Shown here piece by piece: positions 1 through 12,540 of a stretch of DNA of 64,000 bases. The DNA is from Mobula hypostoma (lineage: Eukaryota), in the NCBI RefSeq assembly GCF_963921235.1, contig NC_086097.1, positions 51,028,001 through 51,092,000 on the forward strand, in the 5' to 3' direction. A program made the position numbers and the translations under genes. Within the stretch, counting starts at the first letter, position 1. The number at the start of each line of letters is the position of its first letter. The notes beneath the pieces were generated by a model, which saw only the letters and a list, made by a program, of their open reading frames with translations, was not told the DNA's origin and ran no database searches.

Positions 1-436
1 TTTCCCATTCATAACATACTGAAAACATGAATGCTCTATACTTGAAAATAATTTGTCGTTTATTGTAATGTAACAATTCTAAACAAAAACAATATAACCA
101 CTCTTTATTAAGTTTCAGACAAGTCCCTTAAGACTTTACAGTTGAGAGCAGCTACAGCATTTTCATCACAATAACACTAAACCAGCCAGGAAAGAAATAC
201 CTGTCCCTTGAAATCCCTAATATGGAACATTCTCATTTGAGAAATCAAACTAGCAAAATGTTAATACAGATTGTTTAAAGATGATTCGTAACAATAAACA
301 AAAATGCACCTTTCTTGGAGCAGTTCTATTCTCAACCAGGAAAATAAATTTCAAGAACTTCAAATGTTAATATTTAATTATGTGCTATCTTACCAGTATT
401 TTCATACCCAAATTCTTTTGGTATGAAAATATCCTC

Positions 437-660
437 ATAGGTGTACTATTGGAAGTATCCTGACAGGCTGAATCATGGTCTGGTACAGCAATTCAAATGC
501 ACAGGAACACAAGAAGCTGCAGAGAGTCGTGAGCTCAGCCCAATACATCATGGGCACATCCCCCATCACCATTACTATAGGAGGTACTGCCTCAAAAAAT
601 CAACATCCTAAGATCCCCAGCATCCCAGCCATTCCATATTCTCACAGCTACTATTGGGCT
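437..660 (+). mobile_element. Rex1/Babar-type LINE 3' ORF fragment
   Basis: Peptide VWYSNSNAQEHKKLQRVVSSAQYIMG matches the C-terminal region seen in the other Rex-like copies in this window. Confidence 0.65.
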
Positions 661-709
661 GGTGATAATCTACCAATTACAGCTGCCTTGCTCATTCCTC
701 AATTCCACC

Positions 710-840
710 TTCCTTAAGAAGGGCCGCAGCCTGAAATGTCAACTGTTTATTCATTTCCATGGATGCTGCCTAACTTGCTGTGTTCCTCATTATAGTGTGC
801 GTTGCCCTGGATTTCCAGCATCTACAGGATCTCTTATGTT
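710..840 (+). repeat. Penelope-type short repeat with a degenerate hammerhead motif
   Basis: CCTTAAGAAGGGCCGCAGCCTGAAATGTCAACTG...GATGCTGCCTAACTTGCTG aligns to the copies at 20300, 30200, 40528 and 58070. Confidence 0.6.
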
Positions 841-931
841 CATGAAACTACATTAGTAATTAATAAAATTCTCTACCATGAGAACAAAAGTATAAAACAT
901 TATGTTTGAAATGAGCCAAATTTATAATTAC

Positions 932-989
932 CTGGTTCCAACTTAATAATTTTAACTGCAGCGAGCTCTCCAGTCTGCAGATTCCTAGC
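932..989 (-). CDS. MAP4K5: MAP4K5 second coding exon (kinase subdomain II, ARNLQTGELAAVKIIKLEP-G)
   Basis: Minus strand reads ...ttcatttacag|GCT AGG AAT CTG CAG ACT GGA GAG CTC GCT GCA GTT AAA ATT ATT AAG TTG GAA CCA G|gtaatt. 58 nt, canonical AG/GT, in frame with the exon at 12122-12235, and contains the AVK catalytic lysine. Not in the ORF track. Confidence 0.93.
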
Positions 990-1414
990 CTGTAAATGAA
1001 AACCAGAAGATGTTTTTAGAAAGAAGTCATAACTCACTTCACAATTTCTGAAACAAAGCTGTTATCAAGGCAGGGTATATGCCATGAAATGCTAAAACTG
1101 ATTTCTATTCTTTAGATGGTTAATTTATAAAGAAATGAAAATAACCACAAATTTAAAAGCAGCGCACAAGCAGTTTGTAAAATATGTCTTTAAAATGTGG
1201 CCTTGAGGATACTTATGAAAGAAATACAATGGGTGCTGTACACATGCATTTTCAAAAAATAAAATTCACTGCAAGATTAACAGCTGCATAGCATTCAAGA
1301 TTGTGTGGCAACATCCAAGTGTGTGTCTTCTAGATCAAATGTAAGCAAATAGCAAAGATGTATGTCATTGACTACATGTTTCTCTCCCTCCACAGATTAG
1401 ATCTAATCTGAGTT

Positions 1415-1670
1415 ATTTATTTATTTGCCATGCCACCCAACAGCCTCCAATTTAACCCTAGCCTAATCATGGGGCAATTTGCAATGGCCAGTTAGCCTAC
1501 TAACTGGCACGTCTTTGGACTGAGAGGAAAACCGGAACACCAAGAGGAAACCCACATGGTCACAGGGAAAATGTACAAATTCCTTACCGACAGACAGCGG
1601 TAGAAATTGAACTTGGGTTACTGATACTGTAAAGCTTTGTGCTAACCACTATGCTAGCATGCTGCTCCAT
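1415..1670 (-). mobile_element. V-domain SINE (HE1-like)
   Basis: Reverse complement contains GGGTTTCCTCTTGGTGTTCCGGTTTCCTCTCAGTCCAAAGAC (V-SINE core) and has a (TAAA)n tail; homologous to 21162-21445. Confidence 0.7.
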
Positions 1671-1674
1671 CACC

Positions 1675-2160
1675 TTCCTCTCTCTGGTTCCTACCTCCTG
1701 ACATTATTCCATTGTCCACTCCTATGAGATTCCTTCTTCAGACCTTTGCCTCTGCCCTCTATCACCTTCCAACTTCTCACATCATTCCCCTTTTCCCACT
1801 CCCCCAGCCACCTGCATTCTCCTGGAGTGCAATGCACTTTTCGGTAGCTGCTTGACTTTATTACTACACTCTGTTATCATTTTACCAAGTTCTATCTCAA
1901 TGCACTGTGTACTGATTTGATCTGTATAAACAATGTGCAAGACAAGCTTTTCACTGTACCTTGGCACATCGAATAATAATAAATCTATTCCAATTCTAAA
2001 CATACCACCTGCCAACTCACGCTCCACCACCTCCCTTTTTATTCTGGCTTCTACCTTCTTTCTTTCAAGTCTTAATGAAGGGACAGCCTAAAATGCCTAA
2101 TATTTCAACATTTTGTGTGTGCTGCTCTAGATTTCTAACATCTGTAATCTCTCATCTATG
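1675..2160 (+). repeat. Longer degenerate Penelope-type LTR-like repeat (pyrimidine-rich) with a decayed hammerhead motif near 2066-2100
   Basis: AGTCTTAATGAAGGGACAGCCTAAAATG followed by ATTTTGTGTGTGCTGCTCTAGATTTC; interrupted by a LINE-tail fragment at about 1820-2000. Confidence 0.45.
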
Positions 2161-4000
2161 TATCCCCTGCGATCTGAATATTACTTACCTTTCAATTAAA
2201 ATGATTAGAATCGGATTATTTGGTTATTGCCACACTGCTATGTGCATTGGTCATAACGTTATCTGCAACGTGGATTGCTAACTGGCTCAAACAAAAAGAC
2301 AGACAACCTGAAACATTGAAATGAATTGTACAAATATTTTTTCCAATTTTAAAATGGCAATTGACCAATCTTGAAACACTACTGCATCACTTTTCTGTTG
2401 GGTTCCTTCCAGATTTCAGAATGCAAAAGTATTCTCTTCAACCAAGTTCGCAAAAATTACCCACTTCGGTCTGAGACAAGGACAAAGCTTCAGAGAATTT
2501 TGATTTCAAGGGAACATGAACTGCTGCAAAACAGTTCTGCATAAGATCTATTATTGATTTGAATAGCAATTTAATTGTTGAAGTCATAAATTTACTTGAA
2601 AAGCAGTTATATACATTGCTTGTTATTCTTCAGGTAATAAATATTTGCAAGGCCTCACTCTCCAAAATCCCATTATTTTAGCCAACACTAAAAACCAGAA
2701 GAGCATTATAAACTTTCTTAGCTTCAACCAATAAACAAAGGCAAATTCACAGAAACCCATTTAATTCTGTAATTGCCATGCATTTAACTAGGAAACTCAA
2801 AAATTGCAAATAGTTCCAAGCCTTTTTACCTCAACCCAGGCATAGTAGAACCATAACTCATTCCTGAGACTCAAATGCAAAGGTCTGCATCTATTATTTT
2901 GAACTTCTCCTGCTACTATATATGCCAGAATACATATACAATGTACTCTTCCATTCCTTCCTTTCTTTGTGTGAACAAAGTCCAGAAAATTCAATGCCTG
3001 CCAGCAGTCTACAATTATCTGTTTTGAACGTTTATACACCCCACCCCACTCTCAATAACATTCATAAGCTTCCAAATTTAAGGGACTACAAGCCAAATTC
3101 ACATTAACTGCAAAGAAAACTACAAAAATGCTAGAAATAGTCAGGAAGTCATCAGCAATGGAAAGAGAAACATAGAAAACCTATAGCACAATACAGGCCC
3201 TTCAGCCCACAAAGCTGTGTCGAACAGGTCCTTACCTTAGAAATTACCTAGGGTTACCCATAGCCATCTATTTTTCTGAGCTCCATGTACATACCTATCC
3301 AGGAGTCTCTTAAACGACCCCACCATATCCGACTCAATTGACTTTTTGGTTGAATAACCTTCATTGGAAACAGTTCTCATATACAAACCTCTTAAGCCCC
3401 AGCATCATTCTCATGAATCTCAATAATAAAAAATTAACAGTAGATTTTTTGGAGGTGTAATTGATACAAATAAGGGAGTCAGAATTATGTTTATTATCAC
3501 TGACAAATGTCGTGAAAATTGTTGTTTAGTTGCCGCAGTACAAGACAAAAAAATTACAAGCTACAATAAAAAATAAAATAAATAATGACATTCAAACCAA
3601 GGAATGTTATGTATTTGGACTATCAGTAGGTCTTTAAGAAGATCCTCTTAAAGGAGCTATTTGTAAAATTAAAATAGAAGGGACTGAGGATATTCTACAG
3701 GCATGGATTGAAAATTTGCTGGCAACAGAGGAAACACAAGTATGAATCAACAAGTCTTTTTTCCTGGTGGCAGGCAGTGACTGATGAAATGATGCAGAGA
3801 TCATCAGGGGTTGGACACATGCTTGTCACAATATATAAAATGAATAAATAATTTCAATGAGCAAACTAAATGTAACACAGAAATACGAGTTGCAAAAAGA
3901 CTACAAAGTCTGAGTATACGGCACAGATAAAGCACTTCAACCCAATGCCAACCACGGCACCCACCCAGCTAGTCCCAATTTCCTACGTTCAGCCCATATA

Positions 4001-5707
4001 CAGCTGCAAGAAAAAGTTTGTGAACCCTTTGCAATTATCTGTTTTTTTGCATTAATTACTCAAAATGTGGTCTGATCTTCAATAACAATAAATAAGCAGT
4101 AAATATCAAGAACATAAGATGAAAAGTCCTTGAAAGTGAGTCCATTGGTTGTGAGAAAATTTAAATGAAGGGGCAAATGAAGCTGAGTGAGGTTATAGCC
4201 TCTGGTTCAAAAGCCTGATGGTTGAAGGGTAGTAACTGTTTCTGAACCTGGTAGTACAAGTCCCAAGTCACAATAATAGACAAGCGCAATCTGCCTAAAC
4301 TAATAACACAAAAACAATTGTACTTCTCATTAATACTGAATACACCATTTAAACAATCACAGTCTGAAGTAATGCCTTCTACGAAAGCTATTTGGAATCA
4401 GGTATAATTGAGATGAGATTGTAGATGTGGGTTGTAGAGGTGTCTTGCCCTATAAAAAAAACAGTCAGGGTACTGACAGAGCCTGCTCTTCTCAAGAAAG
4501 ACCTGTTTATGTGCACCATACCTTGATCTAAACAACTTTCAGAGGACCTTAGAAGAATTGTACAGATACATTAAGCTGGAAAAGGCTACAAAAAAAAAGG
4601 CATTTCTAAAGACCTGAGTGTTGATCAGTCCACAGTAGGAGAAATTGTCTACAAATAGAGGAAATTCAGTACTCTTGCTACTCTCCCTAGGAGTGGGCAT
4701 CCTGCAAACACACAACGTACAATGCTGTTAGGAAGTGACAAAGAACACAAGAAAAACAGCAAAAGACCTACAGACATCACTAGAGCTTGTTAGTCTCTGC
4801 TCATGTGTCCACTATAAAGAAAAACACTGAACATGAGTGGTGTTCGTGGAAGGACACCAAGGAAACCACTGCTCTCCAAAAAAAAACAACGCATTGCTGC
4901 ACATCTCAAGTTTGCAAAAGCCTACCTGGATGCTCCACAATCCTTCAATGTTCTGTGGACAGATGAGAGAAAAGTTGAACTTTTGTGCAAAAAAAAATTG
5001 GAAGAAAAGAAGGGCACTGCACACCAACACCAAAACCTCATTCCAACTGAAACATGACGAAAGAGCATATGGTTAGGGTCTGCTTTGCTGCCTCTGGACG
5101 TGGAATTGCTGAGGGAACAATGAATTCAAAACTGTATCAAGACATTTTACAAGAGAATGGCAGGGTAGCAGTCCATCACCTGAAGCTTAATAGAAGTTGG
5201 ATGATGCAACAAGACAATGATACAAAACACAAGAGTAAATCAACAGCAGAATGCTTTAAAAATAAGAAAATTTGTCTTTTGGAATGGCCAAGTCAGAGTT
5301 CACACCTTAACCCTATTGAGATGCTGTGGCTGTTCATGCAAGATGTCCCATAAATATTGATGAAATGAAACAGTTTTGTATGGCGGAATGGTCTAAAATT
5401 CCTGCTCACCATTGTGCAAGTCTGATCAGCAGCTACAGGAAACATTTGGTGGAGGTTGTTGCTGCTAAAGGGGGTTCTATCAGTTAGTAAATACAAGGAT
5501 TCACATACTTTTTCTAGCCTGCACTGTGAATAATGAAGCAATATATTCAATAAAGACATGAAAAGTACAATTGTTTGTGTGTTATTAGTTTATGCAGATT
5601 GTGTTTGTCTATTATTGTGACCTAGATGAGGATCAGATCACATTTTATGAGTAATTACTGCAGAAATCCAGGTAATTGTAAAAGGTTCACAAACTTTTTC
5701 TTGCAAC
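4001..5707 (+). mobile_element. Tc1/mariner DNA transposon with long TIRs and a pseudogenised DD34E transposase
   Basis: TA|CAGCTGCAAGAAAAAGTTTGTGAACC... versus ...GGTTCACAAACTTTTTCTTGCAAC|TA. Motifs WTDERKVELL, QQDNDTKH and WPSQSSHLNPIEMLW lie in broken frames. A LINE fragment (about 4081-4260) interrupts the left TIR. Confidence 0.92.
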
Positions 5708-5709
5708 TA

Positions 5710-6765
5710 TCCCTCTAAGTCCCATTATGCCATGTACCTTTCTAAGTGACTCTTCAATGATACTATTATACCTGCCGCAACCATTTCCTCATGCAACTTG
5801 ATCCATATATTCACTACCCTCTGCATGAAAAAGTTGCCCCTCAACTCTCATAAATCTTTCCGTTCTCACCTTAAATCAATGCCACCTAATTTTGGACTTC
5901 CCTACCCTTAGGAGAAGATTACTACCGCCCACCTCTCTAAGGTTACCCCTCATTCTGCTATGCTCTAAGGAATAAGGACGTAGCCTGGAAATTCAGACCC
6001 TCTAGTTCTCAAATCTTTTCTGCATTCTTTCCAGTTTAATCACATCTTTCTTATAACAGGGTGAACAATACTAAACAGTATCCAACATGATGAAGGGTCT
6101 CAGCCCAAAACATCAACTATTCCTCTCCACAGATGCTGCGTAACCCGAGTTCCTTCAGCATTTTGTGTACGATACTCCAACTAGCCTCACAAACAACATA
6201 AATGCAACATGAAGCCCAACTCCTATAGTCAATGCCCTGAGTGATGAAGGCCAGTGTGATATGTACCTTTTGCACCATCCTGTCTACCTGTGAAAAACTT
6301 TCAATAAACTATGCACTTGTACTCAAAGGTCCTTCTATCCATTACACTCCAAAGTGCCTTACCATTCATGGTACAAGTCCTACATTAGTTTGACTTTACA
6401 AAATGCATCACCTGACACTTGACTTGAAATCCATTTACTACTCCTCAGCCCACTTCCCTAACTCATTAAAATCCCCTCTGCAATTCACTTTAGTATCAAT
6501 CAATACATCTAATTTCACATCATTTTGAAAACTTACTGATCAAGCCTTGTGTATTTACATCCAAATCATTTATATAAGCAACGAACAACAAGGGTCCCAC
6601 CACCAACCCTTGCGGTAAACTACACAGCAGCCACCAATCAAAGAAACAATCTTCAACTACCTTCTGCTTCCAGCCTCTGAACTAAGCTTGAATCCACTTA
6701 ACTAACTCTCCCTGTTTTTCATGAGACCTAACCTTCTAGACCAGCATACCAGAGGGTCCATGGTG
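5710..6765 (-). mobile_element. Degenerate CR1 LINE 3' portion (its 3' end continues at about 3895-4000, split by the Tc1)
   Basis: Reverse complement is similar to the 3' part of the CR1 at 27400-28400. Confidence 0.7.
6087..6170 (+). repeat. Penelope-type short repeat with a degenerate hammerhead motif, nested in CR1
   Basis: ATGATGAAGGGTCTCAGCCCAAAACATCAACT...AGATGCTGC...CAGCATTTTGTGT. Confidence 0.7.
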
Positions 6766-7354
6766 ATTGAGATAAGCCGTGCGAGTACATCAATACACAC
6801 AGATGAAGTTTAATGTGAAAAGATATGAGATTCTAAAAAAAAATTGACTGATTTGCTAAACGGTGATAGAGTGAGAAAGAAGGAAGAGTAATGAAATCAG
6901 GGTACACCAGTCAACGGCAAGTGCTCAGATGCAACATGTAATTACGAAAACGAATATGTTGTACTGAATCCCTCTTGCAATGAAGGACAAGAGCAAGGAT
7001 GTCTTGCTACAAGGGTATAATGGCTTGGCAATAACCCATCTGGAGTTGTGCATGCAATAATGGCCTTTTAAAGGAGGATATTTTTGACATAGTGGAAGTG
7101 CAACAACCCAACTTTCATTGTGAAGTTTTGACCATCTGTAGAAAAATTGTTTTCTCTTTCCAGTTTAATCAAAAGGTCTTTGACCTGACTCTTTACCGTT
7201 ACTATGATGCTGCCTCAGTTCAGTATTTCATCCATTTTCTGTTTTTATTGCTGTTGCTTTTGATTAACGCTTTATATCATTACTCAAAATAATGAGGCAT
7301 TGGTTAGAAAATGTATATTAGTTTTGGACAGCAGAGATTCAGCAAAATAGGGCT

Positions 7355-7589
7355 GTTCCGTACCCTCCAAATATCCGGACCTGCCTCTCAGTTTTTTTGC
7401 ACTACCTTACTTCCCATTTTTCTATTTTCTATTTATGATTTATAATTTAACTTTTTAATATTTACTAATTTTAACTATTTTTAATATTTAATATTTGTAA
7501 TCCAGGGAGTGTAAAGCGCAGAATCAAATATCGCTGTGATGATTATACGTTCTAGTACCAATTGTTTGGCGACAATAAAGTATAAAGTA
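7355..7589 (+). mobile_element. Young Rex-like LINE 3' UTR fragment with an (AAAGTAT)n tail
   Basis: Nearly identical to the reverse complement of 50852-51090. Confidence 0.8.
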
Positions 7590-7601
7590 CTGTCTAGAGA
7601 A

Positions 7602-8267
7602 TTAGATTATGAGAACACTCAATCCTCTTTTATTGTCATTTAGAAATGTATACATGCATTAAGAAATGATACAATGTTTCTCCAGAGTGATATCACAGAA
7701 AACAGGCCAAACCAAAGACCAACACTGACAGAACCACATAATTATAACATATAGTTACAGCAGTGCAAAGCAATACCATAATTTGATGAAGAACAAACCA
7801 TGGGCACTGTAAAAAAAAGTCTCAAAAGTCGCCGAGTTGATCGACTCCCGAGTCACCAATAGCAGGCGGCAAAAGGGAGAAACTCCCTGCCATAAACCTC
7901 CAGGCACCGTCAACTTGCCGATGCCTTGGAAGCAGCTGACCACAGCCGACACTGAGTCCATCCGTCCGAAAACTTCAAGCCTCCGACCAGCCCCTCCGAT
8001 ACAGCCTCCCGAGTGCCATCGACCTAGCCCCGGCCGCCGAAACAAGCACAGTCGATGATTCGGGGCCTTCTGCTCCGGAGATTCCGGTTACCACAGAGTA
8101 GCAGCGGCAGCGAAGCGGGCATTTCAGAAGTTTTCCAGATGTTCCTCCGCACTCTCACTTCCGTCTCCATCAAATCAGAATTGTGCACAGTCCCCTACTT
8201 GGCAGATAACAGATATTTATCACCGGAGAGGCTGCGCATGCTGCCGTCACGCAGCCATCTTCTCTTC
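7602..8267 (-). mobile_element. Non-coding, CpG-rich retroposon beginning AAGATGGC with a LINE-like 3' tail
   Basis: GCCATCTT at 8254-8261 (AAGATGGC on the minus strand); sharp compositional boundaries; AATAAA and a short repeat tail at about 7602-7635. Confidence 0.55.
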
Positions 8268-9004
8268 ATTATAGACAGATTGCAAAAACTAATAATATAG
8301 TTGGGCAATTTATGGTAATTTAATTGACATTTAAGACCACAAGATCCATTAAAAGGGAAGATAAATAGAAAAAATGTTTCTGCATGGTTGAAAATTCAGG
8401 ACAAAGTGCATGGTCTAAAAATTGGAAAAATTACTTTTAGAAGTTATGAAACATTATTTGCAGAAGTGATAGAAATTTGAAGCTCTCCATGCATATCATA
8501 CTTGATAACAACTCAAAAGTTAATATTAAATTGGACTTTGAAAGACTTTTGATAAATAAAGTTAATGACTTACTCCTGTTCCCAATTTCCAAAACATTAA
8601 GACAGTTTGAAAAAGTTTTCCACAGGATCATTAACGGAAAGATAACCAAGTTAAAATTTTGAGTAGACAGGTTTATGGCACAATTGTCCATAAATATCAA
8701 ACCTATGGTCAGTGCAGTTAGAGTCAAATAGCATGGAAACAACCCCTTTGCCCCATCAAATCAGCACTGATCATTTTAGGACCCAAAATAGGGAAAATTA
8801 ATGAATCTTTAATACTGCTTTTTGAAATTCTTCAAGTTACTGAAAACATGAACAAAATTGACTCCCATCTTCATAAAGATGACTTGATCAATCAGAATAC
8901 CTTGAATGCAAATCTGGGTTATTGATAAATTGGTCAAATCAGGAGATTTGCTGGCACACGATTGTTGAGATGACAATAGGAGAGTCAGAGGAAGGCTACA
9001 ATTA

Positions 9005-9220
9005 GGTTTGGAATGTTGTTGCTTGCTTGCATTGTTTGCATGATTTGTGTGTGTTATTTTTCTCTTCCTCTGTGCATTGGGTGTGAGCCTTTTTTATTAA
9101 ATTGGGTTCTTCCGGGCTTCTTGTTTTGTGGCGGCCTGTAAGCAGACGAATCTCAAGGTTGTATAATTTATACATACCTTTATGATAAATGTCCTTTGAA
9201 TCCTTGAATTCTTTGAAATT
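9005..9220 (+). mobile_element. 3' end of a non-autonomous retroposon (tail similar to that of 61543-62313)
   Basis: ...GTAAGCAGACGAATCTCAAGGTTGTAT...ATAAATGTCCTTTGAA resembles 62250-62313. Confidence 0.5.
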
Positions 9221-11989
9221 AGTCTGACACATAGATAAATAGTGCTCAGTATTTTGCTGATAGTGAAACTTGCAAAACTACTTCAGAATTTATCAAAGAA
9301 AAAAAGACAGATGAGGGTCTTTCATCATCAACCTTGCCTTACTCATGGCCTATGAGATGCATCACAGTATCAATATGCCCAGTGAAAGCAGGGGCTTTTT
9401 GCCCACCTGGGGAAACCAAAGTTCTGGAAGATTTTTAAGCCCTTCCAGGCACAATGACTGTATATTTTGATTAGGTCCACTTCCAAAATCACCAGTGGGC
9501 TGAATGGAACATACAAACTGGGATTAAGGTCCTTAACAATTTGAGAGCTGCATGATTGATTTCATCATATTACTAATCATTTGGGAAAACAAAAAGATGC
9601 ATGGTTTACATATACTTCAGAAGCACAAGATAGATACAGAATTAAAGGAAACACTAAGTATTGAATACATAGAATTTAAGAAAGCACAGGGCAAAAGCAA
9701 AGGCAACACAAAATTGATCATGTTTAAACTATTCATTCATGGAATGTGGCTACTGTTAGCAGGGTAGATTTCTTGCCCACCATCTTGAAATCCATTGGGG
9801 CTAAATTACTTTCCTGAATCAATACAGCATATGAAGTCAATTTACTTCCATAGTAAGATAGTTCTAGAATTTTGACTCAATGGAACTAAAACAATGGCAA
9901 TATTTTTTCAAAGTCAAAATCATGTTTAAAATTCTTGTTGAAAATACAAGGTGGTAATTGTTAACTGGTTGATGCTACAGAGAAATATCAAATCAGAGAC
10001 CAGGTTACCATTGATGTCAATTTATTTGACTATTTATTATTCAGATTTTAAGTAATTAAAATTATTTGCAGCAATAGATTAAAATTTCACTTTCTCATAT
10101 ATAGTAATATGACTATATTTTGGTTTGAAGCAAGGATTGCTAAAGCCTAGAAAGTACTGAAAACTCAAGTAACAATTACAGTCCACTCATAAAACTAATG
10201 AAAGCTATAAATGCTTACGAATGCTAATATACTACCCAAATCAGTATTACTCTGCACCTTAGAGTAGAAAAACTAGACAGCCCTTACAATTTTAGAAATA
10301 GCAGAAAACTTGTGCACCCATGTAGATGCACTTAAGCTAATAGCAGATGCAGAAGATAGAAAAAGCAAAAACAGTAAAACCATTTTGCCAAGATACTAGT
10401 CACACTTCACCCTTATCTTTACAATCTGTCTCTCCTTCCTGTCCAAAGATACAAACTCATCACCTCACAAATCTATACACAAGTTTCCCCACAGCGCCTC
10501 AAATCAGGTTTTCTCCTAAAAGTAACTCGAATCTAAGCTGAAAGTATGTCATGATAATGCATTATAATGCCCATAATGGTTATACCCTTAGTAGAACCTC
10601 ACAAGGACCACTTTTTTTAAGGTTTCATTCCAATCTGTCCAATTTGAGTGACAGAATTGGTTTTCCATCTCATTTTTATACTCCTTGATCCTTTCCCACA
10701 TCTACATGCCTGATGCTCAATTATATCAGCAACAAACATGCCAGGTCCATGTATACTTGTGCAAACAGTTCTTTGCTATCTGTTAGGTTGCTTGTCTGAC
10801 ATCCTGGCTTGGACAGGCCACAATTTCCTGCAGTTACTTACTGAGCAGACCAAGACAATTTTTCAGCCCCACCCACAAAATTTAAGATTTTGTCTCAATT
10901 GTGTAAGAATATGACTAAGTGATTGAACCTGTAATATAATAGCAGAAACTGGTTATTCCAGCACTATGTTTACAATTTAGGGGGAAAAATCTTTAATTAA
11001 CTTTTCAAAATACTCCATCCAACACACTTGACAATCAGTAAGTGTTCTTAAAGCTTAGTCATTGCTGTAGCATTTGCAGAGGACGAGCAATCTGAAAATG
11101 ACCGAATAATCTGTATTTTTTTGTAGTGAGCACGGAGACATAACTACTGTCCAGTACAACAGTGAGTGATAATCCGAAAACAAAACCCACCTAGGAATTC
11201 AGATAAGTTTAAGGTTTCTTCCAAAGTACAGAATAAAATTCAATACCAATACGCAAAACTAATCTCTATGCTAGAACAGAAGTAACCATTTACTATTAAA
11301 ATTCATCTGATCATCTGCCAAGTTTTTAACGATGTACAGACTAAGCACAAGACAAAAATGTTTTCAATAGACAGAGCATCTACTTCATTTGCTAAAGGAG
11401 GAAAATAATTCCAGAAGTAAAGAGTTGCTCAATGCAACTTTTCCTAAAGATTTCTCTGCAATTTAGACGCTTTGTATCAGTATATTCTGTTCCCCAAAAC
11501 AAAAGGAGAATGACGTCCCGCGCGAAAATTAGACAAGAAATACCTGTTGTGGTTAAAACCGGCAACAAGTTTGGGTGGAGGATATGGTTCAAAAGCGATT
11601 TGCTCGGAAACACAAGGCTTCCCAATATATCGATGTAGTTACTTTACTCTGTATATTTCTTCCTGAGACTTACTAGGTGCCCGAGCGTGTGAACTTTTAC
11701 AAAACCATTTGCATTTAGCTGCTTCATAACGCAAATATGGGTTAACTTTCTGCCAAACGGAATAACGTCAAAATTTACTCTGTAATTCAGTACACTATTG
11801 ATCTAGTAAAGAACTGTCGATTGCTAAATGAGTACTCCTTAATAACTTAGTAACTCCTTCATAACTTTTTTTTTGCAGCGCCGGCACAAAATGAGCAGTT
11901 TTCAGCTGAAGCCGTTTTAGCGGACTGTTGATTAATGGACCAAGGGAAGCAGAATTAGTACACTTTAATCCCACTTCCCTCTGGTGATC

Positions 11990-12540
11990 CCGTCTGGTTC
12001 AAAACACTGAATCTTCAACCCCGCGACGGACGGCTCGTCACCCTTCACCAGTGGCAAATTGGTGTCTGGAAAGGCCACATGCCCAGTCCCAGGATCCACA
12101 CAAGAGTAACTCAACACAAACCTTGTACACATCGCCATAGGTACCGCTGCCGACCCTCTGGATCAGCTCGAAGTCCAGCTGCGGGTTTTTCCTCAGAATA
12201 TCCCCGCCGACGGTCGCACGGCCCTGAGGGTTCATCGCTCACTCAGTGGCGGGAGCGTCCTCTCCTCTCCTCGGACTCCTACTTCTTTCCGAGCACCCGC
12301 TGCCCGTCTCTAAAGGCGAATATCCCTCCGAAAGTGTTCGTGTGCGTGTACTCAGCTACGTCCGCCCCAGCCGTCACTTGGTAAACTGTGCACTGCCTCC
12401 AAATATGGCTCCCGCTCCATTTCCTGCCCCACAGCTCCTGCGCGTTTCCTCGAGCGGCTGCGGCGGTGGCGACGGCGATGAGGAGCGGTGGTGCGGGCCT
12501 ACAGCGGCGCCCTGCACAGCCTGTCTCTTACTCCATGCTC
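11990..12540. promoter_or_regulatory. CpG island / probable MAP4K5 promoter
   Basis: Locally GC- and CpG-rich in an AT-rich, CpG-depleted background. GC box CCGCCCC at 12362-12368 and CArG box CCAAATATGG at 12399-12408. Confidence 0.75.
12122..12235 (-). CDS. MAP4K5: MAP4K5 first coding exon ([38 protein letters not shown])
   Basis: GxGxxGxV glycine-rich loop; phase-0 donor AAG|GTTTGT at 12121. [20 protein letters not shown] resembles MAP4K5 more than MAP4K3, and the head-to-head position with ATL1 supports MAP4K5. Confidence 0.9.
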
